Source: Candidatus Spyradenecus sp. (GTDB taxonomy: Bacteria; Verrucomicrobiota; Verrucomicrobiia; Opitutales; UBA953). Taken from it: a stretch of DNA of 64,000 nt. Below the pieces are notes generated by a model. The model saw only the letters and a program-made list of their open reading frames with translations. It ran no database searches and was not told the DNA's origin. The stretch is taken from the NCBI GenBank assembly GCA_045535075.1, contig JAZSKX010000002.1:27216-91215 (forward strand), written 5' to 3'. The number at the start of each line of letters is the position of its first letter. Within the stretch, counting starts at the first letter, position 1. The position numbers and the translations under genes were made by a program. Positions 51,752 through 62,025 of this stretch are shown here, piece by piece.

Positions 51752-52716
51752 GCCACTCTCTTTCAGCTCCCGGACTTTGCTCCGCCGTCGCACTCCACGC
51801 GGTTGTGCTCGGCATGTTGCTGTTTGCGGGAACGGAGGAAACGGCTGTTTCCGCTTCCGACGCGGATCCGATTTTACTGATGCTCGGCGGCGAAGACCCG
51901 AATAAAGACGCCGGGTTAGTCGGGCGGGAACGCGGTGTCGCACGCGGGACAGAAGACGGAACCATTCCCGAGCCGGACAACGACACAAGCCGGCTTGACG
52001 CAATTCGGGAAGCGAACGAACGCCTTGCGCAGGAGGAAGCGGCGGCGGCCGAACGCGCGGCGGAAGAAGCGGCAAGGCAGGCAAAAGCCGAAGCGGAACG
52101 TAGGCAGCGGGAACAAGCTGCCGCAGAAGCCGCGCGACAGAAAGCCGAACAGGAGGCGCGCAACAAACCGAAGTCGGCAAATGCAACCCCGCCGGCAAAC
52201 AAACCTTCCGGCGGAAGCGTCGACATTCGAAGCCTCGTCCGAAACAATCGGGATAAAGGGCTTTACAACAAGACAAATACCACGGCGTCTTCCCGTAGGG
52301 GCAACGGGAACAAGCCCGTACGCATCGGCGAAGTCAGGGTTGGACGTGTCGGGAGCGGAAGCGTTCTCGGCAAACCGAACGGCACCGGCGGGAACGGCGG
52401 CGACGGCGGCAAGCGCGTTGCCGACGCTCGCATGGCTTACGTTGAAGCCGTGCGGGAACGCTTCATCGTCCACTTTGAAAATGTCGTCGCGCAAAATCCG
52501 CCTCTGCTTCCGAACGCCGTAAGCGTTGATGCGCGCTTTTCCGTCAGCAAAAGCGGCGAAATCCGCTTCTTGGAGATTGACGGAAGCAATAATTCGCAGA
52601 TACGCGAATGCATTCGCAAAGTCTTCAGGCTCGCCTTTCCGAATCGCTTTCAACGCCCGCCCGGCGGCGAAGCTTTCACGGGGCGATTAAACAATATTGA
52701 GTTTCTTCCTCAATAA
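51748..52716 (+). CDS. TolA/TonB-like protein
   Basis: N-terminal TM with S..LH, Ala/Glu/Arg helical stalk and a C-terminal globular domain; follows the tolQR-like genes. Confidence 0.75.
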   Translation: MSHSLSAPGLCSAVALHAVVLGMLLFAGTEETAVSASDADPILLMLGGEDPNKDAGLVGRERGVARGTEDGTIPEPDNDTSRLDAIREANERLAQEEAAAAERAAEEAARQAKAEAERRQREQAAAEAARQKAEQEARNKPKSANATPPANKPSGGSVDIRSLVRNNRDKGLYNKTNTTASSRRGNGNKPVRIGEVRVGRVGSGSVLGKPNGTGGNGGDGGKRVADARMAYVEAVRERFIVHFENVVAQNPPLLPNAVSVDARFSVSKSGEIRFLEIDGSNNSQIRECIRKVFRLAFPNRFQRPPGGEAFTGRLNNIEFLPQ

Positions 52717-52727
52717 CTCCCGCCGCC

Positions 52728-53666
52728 ATGTCCGACAATGCTTGGAATCTTTTAAAGCTTTTTGCAGACCGTACGCGCCTGCGCATCCTCCATCTACTCA
52801 AGCGCGAGCAACTCTCTGTCGGTGAATTGCAGGATATCCTCGGCATGGGGCAATCCCGCATATCGACACATCTCGCGCAGTTGCTGAAACTCAAAGTCGT
52901 CTCGCTCCGACGGGAAGGGAAAAAAGCATTCTACTCGCTCGCGGGAACGCTTCCGGAAAACACGCGCAAACTGCTCGACGCAACCTTCGATTCCATCGCT
53001 TCCGACAGCGAAATCCGAAGCGACGAAGCCGCTCTCGCACGCGTCATCGAAAAACGCACGGCCGCAACGCAGGAATATTTCGACGCAATCGCCAAGCGCG
53101 ACGGGAACGCCGCCGTCCCCGGGCGCTCCGACGGCGGAATCATCCAAATGCTGTTAACGCTCGTTCCGCCGCTTACCATCGCAGACCTCGGCTCCGGACG
53201 CGGCATCATTTCGCAACGGCTCGCACTTTCCGCAAAAAAAATTTTCTGTATCGATAATTCCAAAAAGACGCTCGACGAAGGTCGCGAGTTCATGAAAAAA
53301 CACGGAGTCAAAAACGTGGAATTTATTCTCGGTGACATCCAGACCGTTCCGCTCAAAAACGCAAGCGTCGACGTCGCCCTGCTCAGCCAGTCGCTTCACC
53401 ACGCCAGCCGCCCGCAAACCGCAATTGACGAAGCATTTCGCATTCTTAAGCCCGGCGGGAAAATTATCATTTTGGATTTAAACAAACACCCTTACGAAAT
53501 CGCGCGGGAACGCTACCACGACACTTGGCTCGGCTTTACAAAAAACGATATCGAAACCTGGCTCGCCGAAAGCGGTTTTCAAAAAATTTCCTCACTGATT
53601 TTTCCCGCCGACGACAAAAAACTGAAATTCGAAACTCTTTTTGCCCACGGAGAAAAACCGCTCTGA
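52728..53666 (+). CDS. ArsR-family regulator fused to a SAM-dependent methyltransferase domain
   Basis: ADRTRLRILHLL...SVGELQ..LGMGQSRISTHL; IADLGSGRG, SQSLHH, LKPGG. Confidence 0.88.
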   Translation: MSDNAWNLLKLFADRTRLRILHLLKREQLSVGELQDILGMGQSRISTHLAQLLKLKVVSLRREGKKAFYSLAGTLPENTRKLLDATFDSIASDSEIRSDEAALARVIEKRTAATQEYFDAIAKRDGNAAVPGRSDGGIIQMLLTLVPPLTIADLGSGRGIISQRLALSAKKIFCIDNSKKTLDEGREFMKKHGVKNVEFILGDIQTVPLKNASVDVALLSQSLHHASRPQTAIDEAFRILKPGGKIIILDLNKHPYEIARERYHDTWLGFTKNDIETWLAESGFQKISSLIFPADDKKLKFETLFAHGEKPL

Positions 53667-53756
53667 GCGTTGCGCCCGCATCGCCTCATTTCCTAAAAAT
53701 AAGTTGTCGCCGCGCAACGGATAAATTTTACTATTCGCTAAAATTTATCCGTTTTC

Positions 53757-54902
53757 ATGAAGATTTCTCCCGCTCAAGCCTCACTCATTCTCAACGCACT
53801 TTCCGGAATCGGCGCCGTTGCCTGCCGTAAATTTGCCGACGCTTTTGACGGCTCGTTGCCCGAAATTTTTTACGCTTCCCGAAAGCAACTCGCCGCCATT
53901 CGCGGAATCGGAGAAAATCTCGCGGAAAAAATCGTCTCCTGGGAAAGTGAATTCGACTTAGAAAAAGAGGAAGAAAAAATGGCGAAGTTCGGCTTTGATT
54001 TCATTCCGTTTTTCGACTCGCGCTACCCTGCAATGCTCAAGGAAATTCCGGATGCGCCCATCGGCATTTACGTTTGCGGGAACGCCGACGCCCTGCAAAC
54101 GCGCCGAAGCATCGCCGTCGTCGGAACACGCAAAGCCTCGCCTTACGGCTCGTCAATGGCGCAAAAAATCGCACGGGAACTCGCCGGCGCGCGCTGGAGC
54201 ATCATTAGCGGGCTCGCACGCGGAATCGACACCGTCGCCCATAGAGGCGCGCTCGACGGGAACGGCACAACCGTCGCCGTGCTCGGCTGCGGGCTCGATA
54301 TCGTCTACCCGCCGGAAAATCTCGAGCTTTACCGGGAAATTGCGTCTCGCGGCGGCGCCGTAATCAGCGAATTTCGACTCGGCCGCTCTGCGGACAAACG
54401 CTCATTTCCCAAACGCAATCGCATTATCGCCGGACTTTCTGCGGGAATGCTCGTCGTCGAATCCGACGAAAAAGGCGGCTCCATGCTTTCCGCCGGATTT
54501 GCCGCCGATTACGGACGAACCGTTTTTGCGCTTCCCGGACGCGTTGATCAAGCCGGTTCCCGCGGTTGCCACAAACTTATCCGCGAAGGCGCGACGCTCA
54601 TCACCAACACCGCCGAAATCATCGAAGAAATGGAAAGCGTCGCCTCGCAACCGAGCCTCGCTCTTGAGTTCGGAGAAATCCCGAATTCCGTTCCCGTAAG
54701 CGCGCAAGACAAAGCGCCGCCCGAACTCTCCGGCGACGAAGCCAAAATTTTTGCAACCCTCGCCGCCGGAGACGCTCTTTCGCCTGATGCGATTGCGGAA
54801 AAAACCGCCCTTCCCGCAGCCGCCATTTTATCCAAACTCCTCCTCTTGGAGCTCGACGGCTTAGTTACCCGAAAAACAGACGGCACCTACGAAAAAAAAT
54901 AA
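53757..54902 (+). CDS. dprA: DNA-processing protein DprA
   Basis: AVVGTRKAS.YG, SGLARGID..AH, FPKRNRIIAGLS, FALPG, LIREGA. Confidence 0.96.
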   Translation: MKISPAQASLILNALSGIGAVACRKFADAFDGSLPEIFYASRKQLAAIRGIGENLAEKIVSWESEFDLEKEEEKMAKFGFDFIPFFDSRYPAMLKEIPDAPIGIYVCGNADALQTRRSIAVVGTRKASPYGSSMAQKIARELAGARWSIISGLARGIDTVAHRGALDGNGTTVAVLGCGLDIVYPPENLELYREIASRGGAVISEFRLGRSADKRSFPKRNRIIAGLSAGMLVVESDEKGGSMLSAGFAADYGRTVFALPGRVDQAGSRGCHKLIREGATLITNTAEIIEEMESVASQPSLALEFGEIPNSVPVSAQDKAPPELSGDEAKIFATLAAGDALSPDAIAEKTALPAAAILSKLLLLELDGLVTRKTDGTYEKK

Positions 54903-54917
54903 AAAGGAAAAAGAAAA

Positions 54918-54945
54918 CGTTCCCGAAAAACCAATCGCGGGAACG
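54918..54945. terminator. Inverted CGGGAACG-pair hairpin after dprA
   Basis: CGTTCCCG-N12-CGGGAACG; a second hairpin follows (AAAGCCTGCAAA...TTTGCAGGCTTT). Confidence 0.6.
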
Positions 54946-55008
54946 CGGATTTTTCACACAAAAAAGCCTGCAAATTGCAGTTTGTGCAGATTTGCAGGCT
55001 TTAAAAAT

Positions 55009-55084
55009 TGGTGGAGACGATGAGACTCGAACTCACTACCTCGACAATGCGAATGTCGCGCTCTACCAGATGAGCTACGCCCCC
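55009..55084 (-). tRNA. tRNA-Ala(CGC)
   Basis: GGGGGCGTAGCTCATCTGGTAGAGCGCGACATTCGCATTGTCGAGGTAGTGAGTTCGAGTCTCATCGTCTCCACCA; G3:U70 pair, anticodon CGC, encoded CCA. Confidence 0.95.
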
Positions 55085-55194
55085 AAAAAGGAAATATTGG
55101 GGAGAATGAAATCAGCCGCGCGGGAACGCGTCAAGATTTTATTTCCCGAAAAAATACGTTCTCTTTTTCCCGAAAAACAATTATTTACAGGGGC

Positions 55195-56568
55195 ATGGAA
55201 ATTACAGAGGTCGTAAAAAAATATATTCAATTCCCCGGCATTTCGGCAAACCCCGACGCGAAGCAAGCGATTGCGGACACGTGCCGATTTCTCGCCGGGC
55301 TTTTAGAGGAAGCCGGAGCGCGCCCGGAAATTGTTCCGACGGCGGGCAATCCTGTTGTCATGGGGCGCTACAATGCGCACCGAAGCGACCTGCCGCACAT
55401 TGTTATCTACGGGCATTACGATGTTCAGCCGGTGGATCCGCTTGAGCTTTGGGAAACACCGCCTTTTGAGCCGAGCGTTCGCAACGGAAAAATTTTCGGG
55501 CGCGGCACGGCAGACAACCGCGGACCGCACGCCGTCGCGATCGTTGCTTTCGCCAATTTATTGGCGCGGCAACCGAATTTGCCTTTACGCGTAACTTTCG
55601 TTTTTGAGGGGGAAGAAGAAATCGGGAGCGGCTCGTTCCCGCAGTTTTTACGGGAACACCGGGAAGAGCTTTCGAGCGGCGACCTTGTTTTGCTCTCCGA
55701 CACCGAAAGCCCTGCTGCGGACAAGATTGCGATTACTATCGGCTTGCGCGGTATTGTCGGCTTGGAAGTCAATCTCGAAGGTCCGAACAGCGATTTACAT
55801 TCCGGGATTCACGGCGGCGCGGTTTACAATCCGTTGCAGGCGCTTGCGGAAATTTGCGCTTCGCTTCACAATGCGGACGGTTCGGTCAACGTTCCCGGAT
55901 TTTATGACGGAATGCTCGCTCCTGCGGATTGGGAACGCGAAGAGCTAAAACGCCTCCCCGCAACGGAAGAAAGCTACAAACAATTCCTCGGCGTGGACGC
56001 GCTTCATTGCCTCCCCGGATACAACGGCATTGAAGCAACGCGCTTTGCTCCGACGCTTGAATTTAACGGCTTAGGCGGCGGCTACAACGGAGCCGGCTCC
56101 AAAACGATTGTTCCCGCGAAGGCGTTTGCAAAAATCACTTGCCGACTCGTTCCGGGCATGGATCCGAAGTCGGTTTTGGAAAAAGTTTCGGCGGCGATTC
56201 TTGCCCGCGTTCCCGCAGGAATCCGAGCTTCGATTACACCGATGCAAGGGTGCCCGCCTTATTACGTCTGCCCGCCGCATCGCCCGAATACGCCGGCGGA
56301 TATGAATCCGACTTTGGCGAAAGCATTTGACGCGGCGCACGCGATCATCACCGAACAATTCGGGAATCCTCCCGTTTACACGCGCGACGGCGGTTCAATC
56401 GGAATTATCGAAGCGTTTCGCCAAATCTGCGGGATGAACGCGCTTATGATCGGGCTCTTCCTTCCGGATTCGCTCATTCACGCGCCGAATGAGAACGTCG
56501 ATATTTCCCTGCTCGAAAAAGGCGTCAAAACCTACGAAGCAATCTTCGAAAAAATCGCCGTAAATTGA
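55195..56568 (+). CDS. M20-family dipeptidase
   Basis: YGHYDVQP, GRGTADNRG, EGEEEIGS, DLHSG, HAPNE. Confidence 0.92.
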   Translation: MEITEVVKKYIQFPGISANPDAKQAIADTCRFLAGLLEEAGARPEIVPTAGNPVVMGRYNAHRSDLPHIVIYGHYDVQPVDPLELWETPPFEPSVRNGKIFGRGTADNRGPHAVAIVAFANLLARQPNLPLRVTFVFEGEEEIGSGSFPQFLREHREELSSGDLVLLSDTESPAADKIAITIGLRGIVGLEVNLEGPNSDLHSGIHGGAVYNPLQALAEICASLHNADGSVNVPGFYDGMLAPADWEREELKRLPATEESYKQFLGVDALHCLPGYNGIEATRFAPTLEFNGLGGGYNGAGSKTIVPAKAFAKITCRLVPGMDPKSVLEKVSAAILARVPAGIRASITPMQGCPPYYVCPPHRPNTPADMNPTLAKAFDAAHAIITEQFGNPPVYTRDGGSIGIIEAFRQICGMNALMIGLFLPDSLIHAPNENVDISLLEKGVKTYEAIFEKIAVN

Positions 56569-56607
56569 TGGTGTTCCCGCAAGTTTAATTCTAAAATCTC
56601 ACTCGCT

Positions 56608-57762
56608 ATGACTAAAAAAACAGCTTCGAAATCAAACGTTCTTCTTTTTGCATCGCCGAACAACTCGGCAGACATGCGCTGGTTTGCCCGATTCGCCTGC
56701 GGCGATCCGTTTATTGCGTTTACGGCAAAAGGCAAGCGCATCGCCGCCATCACGCCTCTCGAAATCGTTCGCTGCCGCAAGGAATCCAATTTCGATGTTG
56801 TCCTCGACATCAGCGAGGAAATGGCGAAATTGCGGGAAACGCAACCGGACGCGGGAACGCCCGAGCTCATCGTCGAACTCGCCGCGCGCTACAAGGCGAA
56901 CAATTTCCTTGTGCCGCCGGATTTTCCCGCCGGGCTTTTCGTGCAGCTTCACAAACTCGGGCTCAAGCTCGAAGTCGGCGGCTCGCCCTTCTTCCCGCAA
57001 CGCGTCATCAAAACGGAGGAAGAACTCGAATATATTCGCGCCGGCAACCGCGCGTCCTGCGCCGGATTTAAGGCGGTCGAAAAAATCCTCAAAGAGTCCG
57101 TCATTGATAAAAAAGGTTTTCTGAAATACAACGGGAAAACGCTGACTTCGGAAATCCTTCGGGCGGCGATTGAACACGCTTGCCTTGATGCGGGCGGTAT
57201 CAACGTTGAAGGGCTCATTGCCGCCGGCGGCGATCAAGGGGTTGACTGCCATTGCTCCGGCTTTGGCCCGCTCCGCGCTAACGAACTGATCGTTTGCGAT
57301 ATCTTCCCGCGCATCGCCGCAACCGGGTATTTCGGCGACATGACGCGCACCTACCTCAAAGGGAAAGCCTCTCCGGAACAGAAAAAGCTCGTCGATTCCG
57401 TCAAAAAAGCGCACGACGCGGCGATTGCGCAAGTTAAGGCAGGCATTCCCGGCGTCAATGTTTATCGGGCTACGGTAGAATTTTTCCAAAAACTCGGCTA
57501 CGAGACGGGTTATCGCGACGGCGTTCCCGTGGGCTTTTTCCATGGGCTTGGGCACGGCGTCGGACTCAACGTACACGAAGCGCCGAATCTTGGCGGTCGC
57601 TCGCTCGCCGCAGAAAAGCTTCAGGAAAATATGGTCGTTACGATTGAACCCGGACTGTATTATCCGGGCATCGGCGGCTGCCGTATTGAGGACGTCGTCG
57701 TCGTGAAGAAAGACGGTTGCGAACTGCTTTCAAAGCATCCTTATAAGTGGGAAATCGCTTAG
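56608..57762 (+). CDS. M24 Xaa-Pro aminopeptidase
   Basis: GYFGDMTRT, HGLGHGVGLNVHE, TIEPGLY, GCRIED. Confidence 0.93.
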   Translation: MTKKTASKSNVLLFASPNNSADMRWFARFACGDPFIAFTAKGKRIAAITPLEIVRCRKESNFDVVLDISEEMAKLRETQPDAGTPELIVELAARYKANNFLVPPDFPAGLFVQLHKLGLKLEVGGSPFFPQRVIKTEEELEYIRAGNRASCAGFKAVEKILKESVIDKKGFLKYNGKTLTSEILRAAIEHACLDAGGINVEGLIAAGGDQGVDCHCSGFGPLRANELIVCDIFPRIAATGYFGDMTRTYLKGKASPEQKKLVDSVKKAHDAAIAQVKAGIPGVNVYRATVEFFQKLGYETGYRDGVPVGFFHGLGHGVGLNVHEAPNLGGRSLAAEKLQENMVVTIEPGLYYPGIGGCRIEDVVVVKKDGCELLSKHPYKWEIA

Positions 57763-57841
57763 GGAAACTCGTAAGCTTCGCCTTAGCGGAGTTTGCGGAG
57801 AAATCATCCGTTCCCGCTAAGGTTTATTCCAAATTTTGATT

Positions 57842-58129
57842 ATGCGTGCGGGAACACATTCCACGGTGATCGAAGCCGCCGAGTCTCTGATTCGGCAGCT
57901 TGACCGCGTTGCGCGTGTTTCCCGCGGCATCATCAAAGCAAATGCGCGTTCCCGCGCCCGGACAATCAAAATCCTTCGGCTAAAAGGCGGCTGGCGACTC
58001 ACCGTTGTCGCCAAAAACGCCAAGCAGGAATTTCATCTTTTTGATATTTCACTGGCGCAAATTCGCGCTGTTCTTGAGGAACGGGAATTTGCGTCTTTTG
58101 AAAAAATCCTTCCCGAAGAAGACGAATAA
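57842..58129 (+). CDS. Small protein, DUF2103-like
   Basis: HSTVI, SRGII, AKQEF pattern. Confidence 0.5.
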   Translation: MRAGTHSTVIEAAESLIRQLDRVARVSRGIIKANARSRARTIKILRLKGGWRLTVVAKNAKQEFHLFDISLAQIRAVLEEREFASFEKILPEEDE

Positions 58130-58161
58130 GGGACTCGCTTAGAGGCGCACGCTAACGCGCC

Positions 58162-59091
58162 TCAACGCCTTTTCTTCGTCCAAATGCGGAGGCAATTCAA
58201 CAGGAATGCTTCAACCACCGCGCCGTCCTGCATGTTGAGTTCGAGAAGTCCGTTAAGGTGTTCGAGCAATGCGCACGACCGCGCCGTTTCGTTTACAAGC
58301 GGCGTTCCCGCGTCATCGCGCAACGCCAGCCGTAAGAGAGCCTCTTGCATTTCAGCGAGCAGGCGATGGCGCACTCCGCGGGAAGCGCCGACCTGCATTG
58401 CATCTTTTTGTTCCGCATTTACTCCTGCCGGAAGCGCGTCTTCAATGCGCTTCCACTCAGAATCGGAAATTTCCTTCACAAGCGCCTGAAAGCGTACTGT
58501 GAGCGCATAAACAGAAAAGACGGATTTCCCGATATCGGCAGCCCCGCTCCCGTCGAGTAGCGCGCCGATCCATTTTTCGAAATCATTAAGCCACAGGTGC
58601 CATTCTTCGTGCTCGATACGTTCTTCTCCCGGAATGCGAAAATGGAGACAACGGGAATGAATCGTCGGCAAAATCTTGTTGATTGCCGTCGTCATCAAAA
58701 AAATAAACGTTCCCGCCGGCGGCTCCTCAAGTGTTTTTAAAAAAGCATTGGCGGAATCGCGCCCGAGACGATCCGCGTCGTAAATGCACGCAACTTTGCG
58801 ATCGCCGAATGCCGGCGATTGCTGAATCTCCCGCACAAGCGCGAGCACGTTTTCGATCCCGATTGTCCGTGATTTATTCGCCGGACGCACAACATGAAAA
58901 TCAAGAGATTTCTCCGCGGGAACGCCCAAAATTGCCGATGCGAGGCTAAGGCAAACCTGCTCAAGTGCTTTTGCCGAACCACCGTAAAAAAGAATTCCGT
59001 GCGGCAGGCGGTTTTTCTCCACGGCATCAAAGAGCACACGCACGGAACGTGCTTTTGCAAGGCGAGGCGGCAGACTTTCGAGAATTTCCAT
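58162..59091 (-). CDS. holB: DNA polymerase III delta' subunit
   Basis: RLPHGILF, ANAFLKTLEEPP, ILPTIHSRC; start at ATG 59091. Confidence 0.88.
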   Translation of the reverse strand: MEILESLPPRLAKARSVRVLFDAVEKNRLPHGILFYGGSAKALEQVCLSLASAILGVPAEKSLDFHVVRPANKSRTIGIENVLALVREIQQSPAFGDRKVACIYDADRLGRDSANAFLKTLEEPPAGTFIFLMTTAINKILPTIHSRCLHFRIPGEERIEHEEWHLWLNDFEKWIGALLDGSGAADIGKSVFSVYALTVRFQALVKEISDSEWKRIEDALPAGVNAEQKDAMQVGASRGVRHRLLAEMQEALLRLALRDDAGTPLVNETARSCALLEHLNGLLELNMQDGAVVEAFLLNCLRIWTKKRR

Positions 59092-59111
59092 ATCGCAAAT
59101 TATTTCGGAGC

Positions 59112-59615
59112 TTATTCGGCACGTTCCCGCTTGCAACGAAAATATGCTTGGACAATTTCCCGGCAAGCCTCCTCCATCACACCGAAATCAACCTGCGGAC
59201 GATGATTCGTCTTGGGCAAATCCTGAAGCGCCGTTGCTCCGCCGAGACAACCCATTTTCGGATCCCCCCACGCATAAACCACGCGCCCGACTCGCGCGAC
59301 GAGCATCGCTCCTGAACACATCGGGCAAGGCTCTTTCGTAACATAAAGCGTGCATTCATTGAGCCGCCAATCGCCGATCGCCTGAGCCGCCTGCGTAATT
59401 GCAAGCATTTCGGCGTGCGCGGTCGGATCTGTCGCCGCAATCGTCCGGTTATGCGCCGAGGCAATAATAATCCCGTCGGAAACGATAACCGCTCCGACGG
59501 GAACTTCATCTTCTTTCCAAGCTTCAATCGCCTCATTGAACGCGTGTGCCATAAAATAGGCGTCGTCGCGGACAAGTTCGGACGGGAAGATTTTCTGGAA
59601 GGGACACGGAATCAT
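59112..59615 (-). CDS. tadA: tRNA adenosine deaminase TadA
   Basis: EVPVGAV, DPTAHAE, TKEPCPMC. Confidence 0.93.
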   Translation of the reverse strand: MIPCPFQKIFPSELVRDDAYFMAHAFNEAIEAWKEDEVPVGAVIVSDGIIIASAHNRTIAATDPTAHAEMLAITQAAQAIGDWRLNECTLYVTKEPCPMCSGAMLVARVGRVVYAWGDPKMGCLGGATALQDLPKTNHRPQVDFGVMEEACREIVQAYFRCKRERAE

Positions 59616-59674
59616 GGCTTCAAGCCTAACACGCTTCCGCCATTTTCCGAAATCTTTTAATAAAAACGCGAGAA

Positions 59675-59938
59675 TTAACGGGCTGCTTTTTTCTTTTTAG
59701 CCGCGTTTTCTTCACGCTTTTTGCGCTTGTCCGACTCTTTGATGCGGTTCGGAAGGTCCGTGCGAGCACCCCAATAGGTGTTTTCATCGCTAACCGTCTT
59801 GCCGAGCGAGCGCAATTTCTCGATTACCGAGATGCGGACGAATTTCGAAACCGGCATCCGGAGCTCTTTCGAGATTTCATGGAGCTTGTCAACAAGCTCC
59901 GCGTTAATAGAGATGTTGTATCTGACTGACATACCCAT
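59675..59938 (-). CDS. Small ribbon-helix-helix-like DNA-binding protein
   Basis: RYNISIN strand then helices (PVSKFVR) and a basic tail. Confidence 0.55.
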   Translation of the reverse strand: MGMSVRYNISINAELVDKLHEISKELRMPVSKFVRISVIEKLRSLGKTVSDENTYWGARTDLPNRIKESDKRKKREENAAKKKKAAR

Positions 59939-60403
59939 AGGACTTTTAATGTAGACGTTCTTTTAATCACAAGCGAGACAAAAAGAAAAAATCGTTTGAT
60001 TTCGATGTCATTTAAGCGTATTTGACGATAAATTCCCTCGAAAATGCACTTCTCCGACCTCTCGAACTCTCACGGGAACACGGATGTCGGAACGCGTTCC
60101 CGCAACGATATTTTGCCCCGGAACACACGGCAACTGCGGAATCCGGATAAACCCTCTCGCCAAGCTTCACAAAGTTTTCCTTAGCTCTCTTTGAAAAATT
60201 AGCGAAATTTCCCGCGTTCCCGCAAAACTTCGTGGTCGCCCGAAAAATCGCCCCGCTTCCCCGCGCCACACACCCTAATTTCGCTTTCCGCTTGAAAACC
60301 GTTTTTTTGCACAATCAGACGGACGCAAAACCGGGGTATTTTCGCGAGTTTAACGCGAATCCCGATTTTGCTCTTTTTAGCAACCTTCTAACACCGAAAA
60401 TTG

Positions 60404-61168
60404 ATGAAACACGCAGAAATTCTGATTCTTTTAACTTTCGCGGCGACGGCGTTTTCCGCCGTTCCCGCTTCCGCGTTCCCGTGGGAAAACGAGCGCAAGC
60501 CGCGCATCGTGCGCGAAGCCGAACGGCGGGAACGCGAGCGACAGGACTCGACGTGGACTCCGGAAAATATTCGCGACAATCCCGTGCTTTTCCTGCAGGA
60601 AACCATCGGCGCGTGCGATTTGCTGAAGGACAAAATCGAGGCTCAGGAAATCGCGTTTATTCGCCTGAAGAAACAGGCGGAGCGTAAAGTTTCCGAAGCC
60701 GAAAGCACGATTCGCCGCTACACCAAGTTTTTGGACGAAGCGAAAAAACAATACAAAGCCGCTAAGGAAAACGACGCGTTCCCGGTCGAAATCAACGGAT
60801 TTGAGCTTTCGGAGGAAGATCTTGCCGACAAAGTCGCCGACGCGCTCGAACGCGTCGAGCTCGCGAAAAGCCAGAAGAAGACGAACAGCGTCGTCGTCAA
60901 AAAAGTGAAAATCCGCCAAGGCGTTTTGAAAACGAAAACGCGGGAATTGCGTTCGATTCGCCGCAAGCTGGTTTTGCAACTCGAACAGGTGAAAATGAAC
61001 GAAGCTCTCGGAGAAATCGACGAACTGACAAACGTCCTCGGCACCATCAAGGATATGCAGCTCGAACTCTCGGAAGACCCGACGAAACTTTCGCTCGACG
61101 ACATCACGGAAGAAGATCCCGACGCCGAACGCAAGCAATCCGCCGAGGAATTTCTCGAAGGAGAGTAA
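60404..61168 (+). CDS. Secreted coiled-coil protein
   Basis: Signal peptide; long charged helices reminiscent of PspA-like proteins. Confidence 0.65.
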   Translation: MKHAEILILLTFAATAFSAVPASAFPWENERKPRIVREAERRERERQDSTWTPENIRDNPVLFLQETIGACDLLKDKIEAQEIAFIRLKKQAERKVSEAESTIRRYTKFLDEAKKQYKAAKENDAFPVEINGFELSEEDLADKVADALERVELAKSQKKTNSVVVKKVKIRQGVLKTKTRELRSIRRKLVLQLEQVKMNEALGEIDELTNVLGTIKDMQLELSEDPTKLSLDDITEEDPDAERKQSAEEFLEGE

Positions 61169-61206
61169 AAACAAACCGCAGATTTAACGCGAATCTACGC
61201 AAATTT

Positions 61207-61875
61207 ATGAAACCGACAAAACTATTAACCGTCCTTGCTCTGGCGACACTCCCGTTTCTGGTGGGGTGCGTTTCGGAAGCCGAACGCGCACGACGTGCGG
61301 CAGAAGAAGCGTGGCAGGCGAAAATTGCCGCGCAAAAAGTGCTGAAGGATTTTGAAAAAACGGAAAAGAATTATGTTCGTTGCCGTTTAGAAGGAGAAAT
61401 TTTCCCGTCAGAACAAAAGCTATCCGAAGAAGAGCGATCTCGTGGATGGGCTCTTTTGGAAACTTTCGGAGAGGAACAAATGCCCGTCCTTGCGGAAAAA
61501 TGCAAGACGGCTCGACGAAATTGTTTCGAAGCCGAAGCAAACTTGAAAGAGTTGATTATAGCACTGAAAGCGGAAGATACGAATTTTAATCCGAATTCGG
61601 AGGAGAACGAGAGTTCCCATCGTAGCCGTGATCGTGATGGCGAGGCTCAAAAGGTGAATCCGATTTTTGATGCGGCGAAAAATCGGTGGCTGGATTTGGC
61701 GGCGGAATATTGGTGGTTGCGCTACAAGCTGACGGATTTTTACTCGCAGTTTAAGATTGGTGCGATTACGCCGGACGAACTTGCCGCCAAAGACGCGGAA
61801 TTTGCCAGCGCAGGGTGGAGCGAAGCGAAACCCTACGATTCGGGAACAAAAAAACAAAGCCCTGAAAGGGCGTAA
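61207..61875 (+). CDS. Predicted lipoprotein
   Basis: Lipobox LVGC; helical body. Confidence 0.7.
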   Translation: MKPTKLLTVLALATLPFLVGCVSEAERARRAAEEAWQAKIAAQKVLKDFEKTEKNYVRCRLEGEIFPSEQKLSEEERSRGWALLETFGEEQMPVLAEKCKTARRNCFEAEANLKELIIALKAEDTNFNPNSEENESSHRSRDRDGEAQKVNPIFDAAKNRWLDLAAEYWWLRYKLTDFYSQFKIGAITPDELAAKDAEFASAGWSEAKPYDSGTKKQSPERA

Positions 61876-61978
61876 TTGTGTTCTACGCATGGCAATGTCG
61901 CTCTTTCAGAGCTCAATGATTTTTCCCTTCGTTCCGTAGGGTTTCACCCTACGCTGACCAATTTCGCCCCGTTGGGGC
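61859..61978. repeat. REP/BIME-like cluster of short palindromes
   Basis: GCCCTGAAAGGGC, GCTCTTTCAGAGC, CGTAGGGTTTCACCCTACG, GCCCCGTTGGGGC. Confidence 0.65.
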
Positions 61979-62025
61979 TTTTGACACACAGAATCTTTTT
62001 TCAAAAACAAAATTAAAAATTCATT

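Noticed and set aside
55009..55084. tRNA-Ala as an island integration site
   Set aside because: I saw no duplicated tRNA 3' end, and the flanking genes are housekeeping.
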